The position numbers and the translations under genes were made by a program. From positions 28,497,989-28,561,988 of the forward strand of contig NC_081373.1 in the NCBI RefSeq assembly GCF_030684315.1: 64,000 nt of DNA, read 5' to 3'. Below the pieces are notes generated by a model. That model saw only the letters and a program-made list of their open reading frames with translations. It made no database searches and was not told the DNA's origin. The stretch comes from Stegostoma tigrinum (lineage: Eukaryota). This document shows, in pieces, positions 39,222 through 52,454 of the stretch (within the stretch, counting starts at the first letter, position 1; every line of letters begins with the position of its first letter).

Positions 39222-40466
39222 TGTCATATCCTAGCGCAATCTCACTCAATTGTACTCCTTTAGCTTCCTCAGTTACATGTCCTACCCTGCAGCTACAGGC
39301 TTTTCAGTGCCTGCTCCCTCCATATTCGTGGTGCAGCCTACCCAATCTTACGTCCGGACTTTCTACTCTTAAACCCCATCTGTTTGCCATTTCTAAAACT
39401 CGTTATCTACCTTCAAAAGCATCAGTAAACCTAATTTTTACGTCATTGACAAATTGCAACATTTACTATTTTACAGGTGCACTCAGTAGCACTACTATTG
39501 CTGGAACATGCACTAAAATACTGGAGATCACCAGCTGCTTAAATGGACTAACAAATTCTATGCTAAGACAACAACAGTATGTCAGATTTTGGGAATTCTG
39601 CAATAACCTCCCCACATCCCAAAGCCTTTCCACCATCGACGAGGCACAAGTCAAGAATGTGATGAAATATTTGCCACTTGTTGAGTACAGCAGACAAGAA
39701 ATTCAACATGATCAAGAGGAGAGCAGCCTATTGGATCAGCAACCTATCTACCACCACAAACATTTACTCTATTTACAAGTATACTATGGCTACAGTGCAC
39801 ATCTACAAGCTGCATGGCAACAACTTGCCAAAACCCCACTGACAACACTTTCAAACCTATGACCTCGATCATCCAAAACCAAGAGGTGCAAGGGAACACC
39901 ACCGCCGCAGGCTCCTCTCCAAGATACAAACCAACCGATCAGGATCTATATCACTGACCTAGTGACAGTAAAAGGAAGAGTCATGGAACGCCCTTTCCAA
40001 TAACACTGTGGGTGCACCCTCAGAAACTGCAACAATTCAAGATGACAGCTCACCAAATTCAAGGGCAATGAGGAATGGGCATATGAGCGAACTTAGCCAA
40101 CAGCACTCCTATTCCGAGGAAATAAATGCTACTGTAGTAAACAAGCACAGTAAAGCTTTGGCAATTACTTTAAAGAATATATGGGCCTTTTTGAGTTTAT
40201 ATTTGAGCTAGGTTTTGATAAGAGGATTTTCACATCAGCACTTCTTCGTTTCCTTCAAACCACTAAATGTGGGGCAGCTAGATGCACACAGGCAGTCTAC
40301 ACAGTCGTCAATGAGCAATTTTCCATTTGTATTGAACAACTATTTGAAAGCATTTTGGGGGAAAGAGGCTTATCCAACCTTTAATAAACTACAGTTGGTC
40401 TTTGTAATCATTTTGTATTTTATCCCTGGCTGGATTCAACTAATTTCTTGGCTATCAACACTGTTA

Positions 40467-40735
40467 AGCCACCCCAAGCCGCACCTCCATTTCCTACCTA
40501 CTAACCTCATCCTGCCTCCTTGACCTGTCCGTCTTCCCTGGACTGACCTATCCCCTCCCTACATCCCCACCTATACTCTCCTCTCCATCTATCTTCTTTT
40601 CTCTCCCTATTTATTCCAGAACCCTCACCCCATCCCCCTCTCTGATGAAGGGTCTAGGCCCGAAACGTCAGCTTTTGTGCTCCTGAGATGCTGCTTGGCC
40701 TGCTGTGTTGATCCAGCTTCACACTTTATTATCCT
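40467..40735 (+). mobile_element. Penelope-like terminus with intact hammerhead-like core and TSD
   Basis: Same family as 31173-31633. CTGATGA-AGGGTCTAGGCCC-GAAAC-GTC at 40642-40669. acactgtta direct repeats at 40458-40466 and 40736-40744. Confidence 0.75.
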
Positions 40736-40959
40736 ACACTGTTAGGTACTTGCTTTGCGGTCACTTTTTCAAAACAAAATGTTTGCCTACGTTGGGTTCT
40801 CTCTTTCACTAGGCTGAGTGGGATCATGTTAAGTCTTGTCCATACGAAGAATCATCCTTGACCTCAGAATCTTCGTCTAGCCATTTTAAAAGTACATTTT
40901 TGACGTATACAAAATACGACGAGATCAAAATAAATGCAATTCAGATCAACTATGTAAAG

Positions 40960-42210
40960 GTTAAATTTGTCACTGCAGCCGCCCGACCTGCCGGACTGAA
41001 AGCGCCTGGCTACAGTTTATAAATGGATGTCGCGGCCGACTCTATTGAAGAGCCCACCCTCCCTCACGCTCATTGGTGTAAAGACGTGAGACGTCCAAGA
41101 GCGCCGCCCCCACCCATTGGTCGATTGGGTCATCACTTACAACGGATCAGGCTCAAAGTTAAGATTGGAGCGGGCCACATTATTTTGAACATCGACAGAG
41201 ACAAAATAAAATACTCACAAATTACAGAAACCCAACATCAATGTTTAAAAGAAACACAGGATCAGGCACGGGCGGAATGGGTGGGAGAAGGTCAGAAACA
41301 ATCTATCCGCAACAGCCCAACGTTTCTTACAAGTTTTACTTTCAGTCATAAGCAGGGAAGGTTCGAGCCGTTTCGGTTATTTTTCAAACGTTCCATCCGG
41401 GAGCTGCCGGATTGTTAAAGCGGATCAGACTACTAGCCCTCTTCCCCCACCCTCCCCCGCTCGAAGAGGCGGGGGGGGGGGAGGGTTTGGAATGATCGCC
41501 GCCCCCCAAATACCTTTAACTTAATTCCACACACTGGGCAGCGGCTTCGAAGCAGCAAAACATAACAGCGCTCCCACCAAGGAGAGAAAAGATGACTAGC
41601 CGGGTCTTCTGACGCTCGTTTGATGACTGTCCCGGGAATAGGTGGTGGTGGTGGCGGCGGCGATGCCGGTGCTGGAGAGGGGACTTGGGGAACAGGGAAG
41701 AGAGAAGGAAGCCGCTTCTTCAGCTTGTTTCCTGAGCCGCAATCCCCGAAGGCGAAAGGAACAAAAGGCCGGCGTCGATGTCACAGTTGAGCCGGGATAC
41801 ACAAACAGACAGGCGGCCAGATGGAAGTGACATCAGCGGGGAGGGGCCATAGCTCTTCCCCAATGACCGGCTCGGGACCGTCCGGAAGTGGAGCACAACC
41901 CCTCAGCCCAAAGCCAATCGTTGTTGCTCTGCGCGGCAACGGTTGAAATTTGCCCTTCCGTTTTCACACGCTTGTCAGACTACAAAACAAAAGCCCTAGC
42001 GGAAGTTCTGATCTGCTTGGAATAGGCATGATGTCTCGTAGTAGGTTGAGCAATTGATTTCAAGTCTCTGAACGTTGGAGATGAGTAATCTGCAATAGCT
42101 CTGCTCTCCAAACAGCAAAATCAAATACCACTAATTCATTCAAGTTATTCTTGAGGTGGGTTAGACGTTGCAAAGGACAAAATGGCGGCTTGGTTATTGC
42201 TTTCTAGGGT
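40960..42210. promoter_or_regulatory. CpG island, bidirectional promoter shared by IKZF5 copy B (-) and ACADSB (+)
   Basis: CpG-rich island with ETS/GABP-type CCGGAAGTG (~41883) and GCGGAAGT (~41999), CCAAT boxes, GC boxes, and a YY1 motif CAAAATGGCGGC (42178-42189) overlapping the ACADSB ATG. The genes are divergently arranged. Confidence 0.8.
42182..42208 (+). CDS. ACADSB: ACADSB coding exon 1 (start of mitochondrial presequence, MAAWLLLSR)
   Basis: Strong Kozak AAAATGG next to the CpG island, followed by donor AGG|GTGAGT in phase 0, compatible with exon 2. The sequence is too short to confirm by homology alone. Confidence 0.7.
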
Positions 42211-45059
42211 GAGTACCAATTCTGAATACCCGAGGGGTACTTAGTAATTGGATGTTTATCGTTTGGTTAACTATAAATATTTGTGTGTGCTCCAATAACA
42301 TTTTGCGTTTACATGGTGCGGTTGATGAAATAAAACGCCCTAAGGCTTTAACTTGGAGCATACCGAATGAAATTTGACACCAAATCACACAAGGAACGAT
42401 TACCCAAGGCTTGATGAAGGGTGAGGTTTAAGGACACACTGAATAGAGAAGCCTGGAGGTGATGAAATATGTTCCAAGTGTTCTGCTCTTCAATCTTTTA
42501 TAGGGACTCTAGCATTTTCCCTACTACCGATGTCAGGCGAACCAGTTTATATCTCCGTTTTCGCTCCACCTCCTCTTGTTTCAAATGGTAGGGTTACTTT
42601 AGCTACCCTTCAATTCATAGGAACCTTTCCCGAGTCTAAGGAAAGATTAAATAAATAATTTTAATGTGATATTATTTTACATTGAGTTTGAGAGATTTAG
42701 TTAAGTCCAAAGCTAGAATCTGGAACCTGAGCAAGTCAAATTGTGTTGATTTGAGGTGCAAGTTGATAACGGTAGATTACAAAAGTAGCAAAATATATCT
42801 CCTTACTTTAGAGTAAATACATATTGCCGTAAGTTTAAAAACATCCTGTGACAAAAGTGATTCAACTCTGGCTAGTGTGAAGCTTATTATATAATAGATT
42901 AAAGGAAAATATATTATGGCATTGCCTGAGGATTGGCAGGAGTTTAACGTTTACTGCAGGATGACAAAGAAAACAGTTTGCTCTAAAAGCATTTATGTTA
43001 CAAGAATGTCATCTCTGGTGTTCTTTAAACATGCAGCATCCTGTTCTATTACAACAGCTCAGTTCATCCAAATAGTATTGATTTCTTGTAACAATGTGAT
43101 TTCAAAGCTTAAAACAGTATATACGAGCATTAAACATCTGATTTATAGAAAATCACCTTATTATAGACATCCTTTGATCTACATGTGATGCACCATATCG
43201 ATTTGGGATAGCATAGCTTTGTATAATGCACTTCCAATAATTGAAAGGACCGAATGCCAGACATGAAGTGTTTTTAGATGTTGTTGTTTGGTATTTTTGG
43301 TATTGATACCTCTCAACTTGTGGATACAGATTGTCATGGGGACACATGTCAACCAATTTCCCCTGTCATTGGTAGGGAAAGTGTTTCTCTTAGGTGTGAG
43401 AATCAACGTTTTAGCGCCTTCGTGCCACTCTTGCAAACATCATTGAAGTGGAGCTTTGGGCCATCCCATTATTGGTTTGTAATGCAGAAAATTATTGGGC
43501 TTATCTTCCATCTCAATAATGTACCTGAGCCATGTACATTTGGCACTCATCATTCAGAGGCAACATACTTGGGAGTTTTGCCTTTGAGAGGACTACTACA
43601 TTTATAGTTTTGACGTTCCGCAAAATGTCCAGAATGTGTTACAATGAGCAAAAATGAGAGTGGCTGAGCTTTTTGTTTGATAGCTGCAAGTTTTGCATGT
43701 TCCTTTGCCATACAACAAGGTGCTGAGAACAGGCCCGTAAACAAGCAACGTTGTGCCGATGGTCAGCTTAATATTATTCTATTTGTGTTTTGTGAGTTAG
43801 CCAAAGTTCATAGCTGCTTTTCTGTGACGTGTATTGAGCTCTGTGTTAAGTTGTCTGTCACCGTGGATCTAAGGTAGCAGAATTTACCAATAATTTCCTG
43901 CAAGGTGTTACTTAGTGTGGTCAAGGAGAGGCACCATGAATCCTTGGATTTCACATACTATGGGTTCTGAAATGCTCCTCAATTTTTGGCTACAAAGATT
44001 AGCATAATTCTGTGGGCATGCCAGTTTTTGCTGTTTCTTTATCAACCAGTTTCTTGGTACGCTAGCTCCATTGTTTTTGCCATTCCAAGGTCAAGAAATG
44101 TAATCTTACTTTAATGCTGTGCAAATAAACACATCTCCTTTTAGACTTTATAAAAATTGCCCTTGAAAATGTGACTTCCTCTGGTCTCCAGTGCTAATGT
44201 CCTTGATCTTCAATAGTTCCTTTCTTAAGTGGCATAAAGGCAAAGGTATCCTTCAAACGTCATACATCAGAATTATCTGACTATGTGCATGTGATTGAGC
44301 AGCGTTTCCACAATGGTTGGGATCTGTGGGCTGAAACTTTGAGCTATGATAGAATTCTGACCAAGGTATAGCAGCTGTACTCTCTCCAATAGGCCCCTGT
44401 GTTCTCAATCCGCATATCCTGCTTTCTCTCCATTCTCACTGAGGAGACGCAACGACTTTCATGCCTTAAAATGGGGACACCATGGGAAACAGTTTGTAAA
44501 GCACTGTCATATAGAATGCTTATCATGTGGATGTCAAGGGCTATCACTTTAAAATTGATAGAAATTGGACTCACTTTTATAGCTATTATGTAAAGGCTGC
44601 CCTCATTTCAGCAATTTAAATGAAATCATCACTTAATTTTTTGTAATAGGTTATCCATTTTCCTTAAATCATAATCTAGACTATGACTGATGATCAGTTT
44701 TTGAGGTGTGCAGTTTCAATGTACTGAACATTTTGGGGCATAGGAGGCAAATTCCAGCCATTATTATTTAGCATTGAGAGTAATATCAAAAACATCTTGT
44801 GCTTCTTACCAAAGTGAGACCACTTTTGAAAAACTCTATTTTGCTTTTAGATTTATGTGTCAGAGTTTATTCCTTGCAGTTTGTCTTCATCTTTTTCAAG
44901 CTATCATGCTGTAAAATGTTCAGTTATTACATTTCTCTGCCCCTGTGATGTTTGTTGTTTTGCATCAAATTCTGTGATATGTATAATCTTGAATTGATAA
45001 ATACATTTGCTTATGTAATGCACATAAGTATTAATATTGATTAAAAACATTGAAACAGA

Positions 45060-45275
45060 ATCACCAAATCCCTACAGTGGAGAAGCAGACCATTTGGCTC
45101 ATTAAGTCCACACCGATTCTCTGAAGAGTATTCAATCCTGATCCATTCCCCCTACCATATTCCTGTAACTCTGCAATTCCCATGGCTAACCCACTTTGCT
45201 TGCACATCCCTGGATGCAATGGGCAATTTAGCATGGCCAATCTACCCAATCTGCACATTAGTGAGTGTGTAGGGG
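45060..45275 (-). mobile_element. HE1-like SINE, 3' portion
   Basis: ccctacagtg...gggcaatttagcatggccaatc..cc.aa.ctgcacat is shared with the other copies. Confidence 0.75.
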
Positions 45276-45299
45276 ACTGCATGCCAAGGAAGTTAATCT

Positions 45300-46020
45300 G
45301 AGTGTTCCTCAACTAGAAACCATGATGAACCTGGGGATCCACTCCCTGATGAACACCTCAGACTGGTCAGGTGACTCTGGCCTATTCAGGTAATCTAGGT
45401 ACAATATTTGCAAAAGTCATCGGGGACACCAAGAGACCAACATCAGACTAAACGCAAGTCCCAGACTAACCGTACAAACACAGATTGACAGTAGCAAGGC
45501 TTAAACAATATAATGAGTAGAACAGCTGACAACAATGCATCTCTTCCCGTTGACCTCACTGCATTCTATGCTTGTTTTGAACAGAAGGTCAGAGAAATGA
45601 TGTTAACCTGCCCTGACAGCCTCAGGTATATCTGTTTCCACAGTCACCACTGCAGATATCAGATTGGCCTTCTTGAGAGGGAACCCGTGGAAAGTGACTG
45701 GCCTGGATGGAGTCGCCAGCTGTACACTCAGATCCTGAGTGGACTTGCTGGCAGGAGTATTTGCTGACATCTTAATCTCTCCTTACCCCGATGTGAGCTT
45801 CCTACCTTCCTCAAGAAGACAACTATTATCCTGGTGCCAAGAAAATTCAGGCAATGTGCTTTAATAACACCTGCCCTATGGCTCTGACATCTGTCATTAT
45901 GAAGTGCTTTGAGAGGTTAGTAATGGCACACATCAACTCCAGCCTCCCAGATTGCTTTCATCCACTTCAATTTGTCTACTGTCACAGTATGTCCCGGCAG
46001 GTGCCATCTCCTTTGCCTAC
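45300..46020 (+). mobile_element. Decayed Rex1/Babar-like LINE RT fragment, continued at about 47780-48200
   Basis: FYACFEQ, KKTTIILVP and P.ALTSVIMKCFERLVMAHINSSLP...PLQF. The second part reads LCNWIIDFLT.R.QTVRIG...APQG.VLSPLLYS. Confidence 0.65.
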
Positions 46021-47300
46021 ACTTGTCCCTGTTATCAAAATGTTCCAGGGATCCTGCAGGGGAGAGATGTCAAAGCAGAGATGTGAGTTCTGTGATCGCA
46101 GTACATTTAATCTTTATTCGAACTGTCTTGCCATACATGCGGGAGAAGCCAGTGACTGCTCCGAATCTAGCTTTCACATGGGGTCCAGTCAGTCTTTTAA
46201 ACACCTCACATCTGAAGAGAGGTCAATGACACTCTAGTTACCCCATCTGACTGCAGCATTTTTATACATTGAGTTACAGTAAATACGTGCCATATTAATG
46301 TCATTGTTCCTTTTCCTCCCAACCTATACATCCAATCCTGTGAAACTCCTGATCAATGATAGTCACCCCTATAAACAGTCCTCTGTTCCCTTGATCTCAT
46401 AATGTTTACCAGATATTACTATCACCAGGCCTTGGCATCATACAATGTACAGCATTAATTTACATTCCTACACTAGTGATTATACTCCTACTCAAACAGA
46501 TATTTCCCAGACTTGCTTGTCTCTAAGGGTTGTTTGAATTCTCTTATTTATTGCTATCCCTATCAAATTCTGTTACTCATCTTATATTTCCTACTGTCCT
46601 AATCACAGGAGATACAAAAAGATGTTAATTTCTAGTAATTGCTGTGAGATTCATAATATTAGTTCTAATATAATGGTAGTTATATGGTTACACCTGCTGT
46701 TAGAATTCTTCAGGTAACGAGTTGTGAACAATTTCTTTCTCCCTGTGTCATACTTGTCTATCACTTAATGACCTTTCTAAGTTCCGTTATACAGTTTACA
46801 AACTTCAATACAGAAAATACAAAAGAATATTAATTTTTACTAATTGTTATAAAATTTCTAATATCAATTCCAAAAAAGAATATATGGTTAGTCCTAATGT
46901 TAGAATTCTTTAGCCACCGAGTTGTGAGTGGCTTCTGTCCTTCCAAAGTCAGGTAAACACTGCCCCTCTGTCTTGCAGCTGCACTATAATTCATTCTAGT
47001 CACATATTGTCTTCTAAGATGAAATTTACTGACCCTACTATAAATATTTCTACATTAACTCTTTTGCCTAATAAGATAACATCTATTTCATTTATAAGAC
47101 TAAAACTCAATCGCTTTCACGGATCAAGGAGTCTTTAAAGTTTATCTTTATTGTGGGATCATACTTCTCTTTTTAATGCTTGCCACAAACTTCAGGCTGC
47201 CTTTCCCAGACATCTGTTATCACGCTGTCTGTTACAGTCATCAGCTGTTGTTTTTACAGAACTCCCTATATATTATTTTGTAAGATTCTTTGTTCAGAAT

Positions 47301-47612
47301 TAGAACATAGAACATAGAAAAGTACAGCACATTACAGGCCCTTCAACCCACGATGTTGTGCTGTGGAATAATCCTAATCCAAAAATAAAATAACCTAACC
47401 TACATTCCCCTCAATTCACTGCTGTCCATGTGCATGTCCAGCAGTCGCTTAAATGTCACTAATGACCCCGCTTCCATGACTACCACTGGTAAATGATTCC
47501 ATGCGCACACAACTCTCTGGGTGAAGAACCTCCCTCTGACGTCTCTATACCTTCCTCCTAACACCTTAAGACTATGACCCCTCGTGGCAGTCAATCCTGC
47601 CCTGGGGAAAAG
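47301..47612 (-). mobile_element. CR1/HER1 3' fragment
   Basis: TRGHSLKVLGGRY...FFTQRVV.AWNHLP, with tail tagaacatagaacatagaa. Confidence 0.88.
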
Positions 47613-48214
47613 TCTGACTCTGTTGACTCTGTTGTTTTGGGTTACGTCCTTCTGAAAGCTACCATTGCGCTAACTTATGAACTCACTTTAATGCTGGATT
47701 AGGCAAGCTAATTCTGTTATTGCAGCCGTATTTATGCCCATGGGTGGCCATGTTGTGCCACCTATGACCGTAGGCTGGTCCAACAGACACCGATGTCAGA
47801 TTTCTATTTAATGACTTTAGCTTCACCTTCAACATTGTAATTCCAACCAAACTCATCTCCAAAATTTGATACTAGGACTCTGCAACTGGATTATCGACTT
47901 CCTGACCTGCAGACTGCAAACTGTAAGGATAGGTGACAACACCTTCTCCACAATAATACTCACCATCAGTGCCCCACAAGGCTATGTACTCAGCCCCTTA
48001 CTATACTCTATATACTTGCATGATTCTGTGTCCAAATTCAGCTTTAACTCCATTTACAAACGTATTGATGACAGCACAACGTCTCAAGCAATGATGAGAC
48101 AGAATACTGGAAAGAGATAGTGACCTTAGTGGCATTGTGTTGAGACACCAATCTCTCCCTCAATGTGAACATAATGTAAGAACTGGCCATGGACTTTTTT
48201 TTTAATTCATGAAC

Positions 48215-50170
48215 AGGATGTGGGTCCTCATATGTTAAGCTTTTCAATGCTGGGACCACTCCTGTGAACCTCCTCTGAACTTGCTCCAGGGCCAGTACAT
48301 CATTCTTGAGATATGGGGGCCAAAAACTGCACACGATACGCTGGATTTTCCCCTCATTTAGAAAATATTCCATACCTTTATTCTTACCAAAGTGCGTGAC
48401 CACTCAATTTCCCATGTTGTACTCCATCTGCCACTACTTTGCCCACTCTCCTAAACTGTCCAAATCCTTCTGTAGCCTCCCCGCCTCCTCAATACTTCCT
48501 GTCCTTCTACCTATCTTTGTATTCTCTGCAAATTTAGCTAGAATACCCTTGGTTCCTTCATCTGGGTCATTAATGTATAAACTGAAAAGTTGTGTCCCAA
48601 CGCTGACCCTTGTGGAACATCACTTGTCACCGGCTGCCATCCTGAGAGAGACCTTTTAACTCCACTCTCTGCTTTCTGCCCATCGGCCAATCTTTTATCC
48701 ATGCTTGTATCTTGCCTCTAACGCCATAGGCCCTTATCTTACTCAGCAGCCTCCTGTGCGGCATCTTGTCAGAGGCTTTCTTGAAGTCCAGGTAGATAAT
48801 ATCCATTGGTTGTCCTTGGTCTAACCTGCTTGTTACATCCTCAAAGAAATCTAACAGATTTGTCAGGCATGACCTCCCTTTGATCATACCTGCTGACTTT
48901 GCCCTATTTTACCATACGTTTGCAAGTAATCAGAAATCTCATCCTTCACAATGGACTCTGAAATCTTACCAAAACCAAAGTTAGTCTAATCGGCTTGTAA
49001 TTTTCCATCTTTTGCCTTACTCCCTTTTTAAAAAGGGATGTCACATTAACAAAATTCCAGTCTTCTGGGACACTCCCTGACTCTAGCGATTCATGCATGG
49101 TCGCCACTAACGCCTGCACTAATTCTTCAGCTATCTCCTTAAGGACTCTGGGGTGTAGTCCACCTGGTCCTGGTGATTTATCCACCTTCAGGCCGTTCAG
49201 TTTTTCTAGCACCTTCTCCTTGGTGATGCCCACCATACTCAGCTCTGCCCTTGACTCTCAAACTTTGAGATATTACCAGTGTCTTCCACTGTGAAGACTG
49301 GTGCAAAGCAATTATTCAGTTCCTCTGCTATTTCCTTGTTGCCTACTACTATCTCTCCAGGGACATTTTCCAGAAGTCGAATGCCCTCTTTTGCCCTTTT
49401 TAATATATCTAAAGAAACTCTTAGTCCTCCTTTTATATTACTGGCTAGCTTACCCTCATATTTAATCTTCTCCCTCCTTATTTCATTTCTTTTTTGGTGC
49501 CCTCTGTAAGTCTTTGTAAGTTTCCCAATCCTCTGGTTTCCTACTGCCCTTCACCTCATTATATGTTTTCTTTTTTGCTTTTTATGCTATCCCTGACTTC
49601 CCTTGTAGGCCACGGTTGCCTGATTTGACCCTGTACCATGCGTCTTTTCCTTAGGGATGAATTTTTGCTGTGTCTCCTGAATTACTCCCAGAAACTCCTG
49701 TCATGGCCGTTCCACTATCTTTCATGCTGAGCTGCTCTTCCAGTCAATTTTGCCCAGCTCTGTCCTCGTGCCTCTGTAGTTGCCTTTATTCAGCTGTAGT
49801 ACCCGTTACCTCTGATTCTGTCTTCTCCGTCCAAAATTGCAGAGAAAATTCTATCATATTATAATCACCACCTCCTAAGGGTTCCTTCATCTTATGTTCT
49901 CCTATCAAGTCTGCCTCATTGCACAACACTAAGCCCAGTATTGCCTGTTTCCTAGTGGGCTGCACTACAAGCTGCTCCAAAAAGCCATCATGTAGACCTT
50001 CCACAAGTTCCTTTTAATGCAATCCCCTACCAACTTGATTTTCCCAGTCCACCTGCATAATGACATCCCCACGACCACCGTAACTTTGCCTTTCTTACAC
50101 ACCTTTTTTCGATTTTTCTGGCGTATTTTGTGCCCCAGCTTCTGACTACTGTTTGGAGGCCTGTATGTAA
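48215..50170 (-). mobile_element. Decayed CR1 LINE (APE and RT)
   Basis: Minus-strand ORFs FLEQLVVQPTR..AIL.LVL.NE, DKSPGP.GLHPRVLKE and KGRSCLTNLL.FFE....YLDF.KA.DK.PH.RL. Confidence 0.9.
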
Positions 50171-52120
50171 TTTCAACTGTGGATTACGTGAAACTCTTTG
50201 CTGCTTGTTTTTCTGGACCTCTTTTCACATCACTTCATGAATAGGTCCTTGAATGTTCTGCAGACAGCTTCTTTGTCCAGACTTCATCCACCAAAGTCTG
50301 CATTGATAAGCCACCAGCCTCCTCCTACTATCATGAACATCTTGGACCAAATCAGAAGCCACTTCTAGACTTCATTTTGGAGCCCAGGGAAACCTTTGAC
50401 TCACATGCTCCTGCCTGGTTTCTTTGTGCATAGGGATACATTGCCATCTTGTACATCTGCACAAGTTGCATTTTACAGTACTTAACTTCATTTCTTAGTG
50501 CTAAGCTGCCAACCTCTATGGATTACATAGTTTTATTCAGCCGGAGGACAGGAGGGGTTAATAGTTGTGGAGAATAAGTTTTTGTGTGAAAGCTATCAAG
50601 TGGAAATGCTATTTTCTGAAGTTGGTAGTAGATGAGTGTTGTTGACTTTCGTGCAGTGACAGAACAAGTGTGACACTGCAGAGAGAAGATGGTGGCACTT
50701 GCTCTTGCGGAACACAGAAGTTCATTCAATGAAAGCATAGTACTGCAGATTTGGAGATTTGACACAAAAGCAGAAAGTGTTGGAGATACTCTGGCAGGTT
50801 TGGCAACATCTGTGGAGAGTTAACAGTTCAAGTCTAAAATGACTCCTTGGAAATCTCACTGGAGAGAAGAATAGAATCCCTCAAGGTGGACGTACCTGAA
50901 CTTGAAATGTGAACTCCTTTTCTTTGGATCATTGATCCTTTTTTCTACGCTGCTGTACATTCTGTCTGAGCCTGGAGACAGCACTGCTAGCTGTATCCAG
51001 TCTGGCTGTGCCAGTGCTGTGGCCTTCTCTGGTCTACTAGGTAGAAGCTGACCCTACTCTTGACCACCACATCCACTAGGAACTCCAGGTTCCTATCTGG
51101 AAAGCAGAGTGCTAGCTTTCCTTTCTGAGACATGTTGATTTTCTGAGAGGACTGAGGTAACGAATGAAAGTCACTGGATTGAAAATGTTAACTCTGTTTC
51201 TTTCTGCACAGATGTAGCTGCACCTGAATTTCTCTTAAAAAATTTTCTGCTGTTATTTCTGTGTTAGAGAGTTCTTGGTATCAGTATCGGCAGTGGTGTG
51301 CTGGTGGGCTTTAACTAGTGGTTTGTACTCTGGAAGAGCCCAGAAGGGCAGGAATTTCACATCCGCTGCCATGTGATTACACAAACAGTCTCTTTGGTAT
51401 CCTTGTTGTGCAAGTAACAAGGTGAGGAGTGGTAGATAATGAGAAAAATTGCTGTGGGCCAAGATGGGGCACCCAGCATGAAACCGACGTCCAAAATAAT
51501 GCAAACAAAAAGCAGAAAAATCCAGCCCCCATCCACACATTTAATAAGTATAACTGCAATCCATCCAGACAGGGCCATTTTTATTCTTTGTAAGTTTGAT
51601 TTAATTTATCAACTGTTTTCCCCATTTCAATCTTGAATGTCCAGTTTTTTTCTTTTTTCTAGTATCATCTCTACCATGTTAAATCTCTCAGAATGAGACT
51701 AATTTGGGTGCAAAGAGAGCAATGTTTAAATGTTTCGCTGGAGTGAATAGGCAAGATTATTTTGTCTGCTGGGGCACCTGGGGCTGAGGAGTCATACTTT
51801 TCTAGTTTTAAAGGATTTATGAAGTGGAGGAAAGTGAGGTAATGAAAATATCCTTTATAGGTTTGTAGCATGGAATGCAGTAAGCAGTTCAAACAAACTA
51901 TTGCAAGATAAGACAAATGAATTGGTTATGAAGAGCAAAATAGATACTTAATTTTATGATTAATACATAACACTGGACAAATAATCAGGGAAAGCCCTGC
52001 CTTTCCAACTTTTTGACATTTTTGAGGAAATGACACTTAAAGTGGACTGAAAGAAACTTTTTATGATGCGTTATGCCTGTTCTTCTGAAGAATGATTAAT
52101 CAAGCCCAGTGCAAAAGCTA

Positions 52121-52435
52121 AGCTAACAAGGTGTAGAGCTGGATGAACACAGGAGGCCAAGCAACATCAGAGGAGCAGGAAGGCTGATGTTTCAGGCCTA
52201 GACCGTCCTTTCTGAAGGGGGGTTTAGGCCTGAAACTTCGGCCTTCCGGCTCCTCTGATGCCGCTTGGCCTCCTGAAGGCCAAAGTTTCAGGCCTAGACC
52301 CCCCCCTTCAGAAAGAAGGGTCTAGGCCCGAAACATCAGCCTTCCTGCTGCTCTGATGCTGCTTGGCCTCCTGTGTTCATCCAGCTCTACACCTTGTTAG
52401 CTCAGTATCGCCAGCATCTGCAGTTCCTACTATGT
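52121..52435. repeat. Nested double inverted repeat built from Penelope termini
   Basis: agctaacaaggtgtagagctggatgaacacaggaggccaagc (from 52121) is the reverse complement of gcttggcctcctgtgttcatccagctctacaccttgttagct (to 52402). Internal alternating copies of aggcctgaaac/gtttcaggcct. Confidence 0.85.
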
Positions 52436-52454
52436 CTGAAACAACAAAAGCTGA

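Noticed and set aside
39221-39862. 213-aa plus-strand ORF
   Set aside because: Non-ATG start, no recognisable domain, and it runs into a decayed LINE 3' region.
41023-41830. ORFs in the CpG islands (also 18235-19099)
   Set aside because: Expected from GC-rich, stop-poor sequence, with no recognisable protein motifs.
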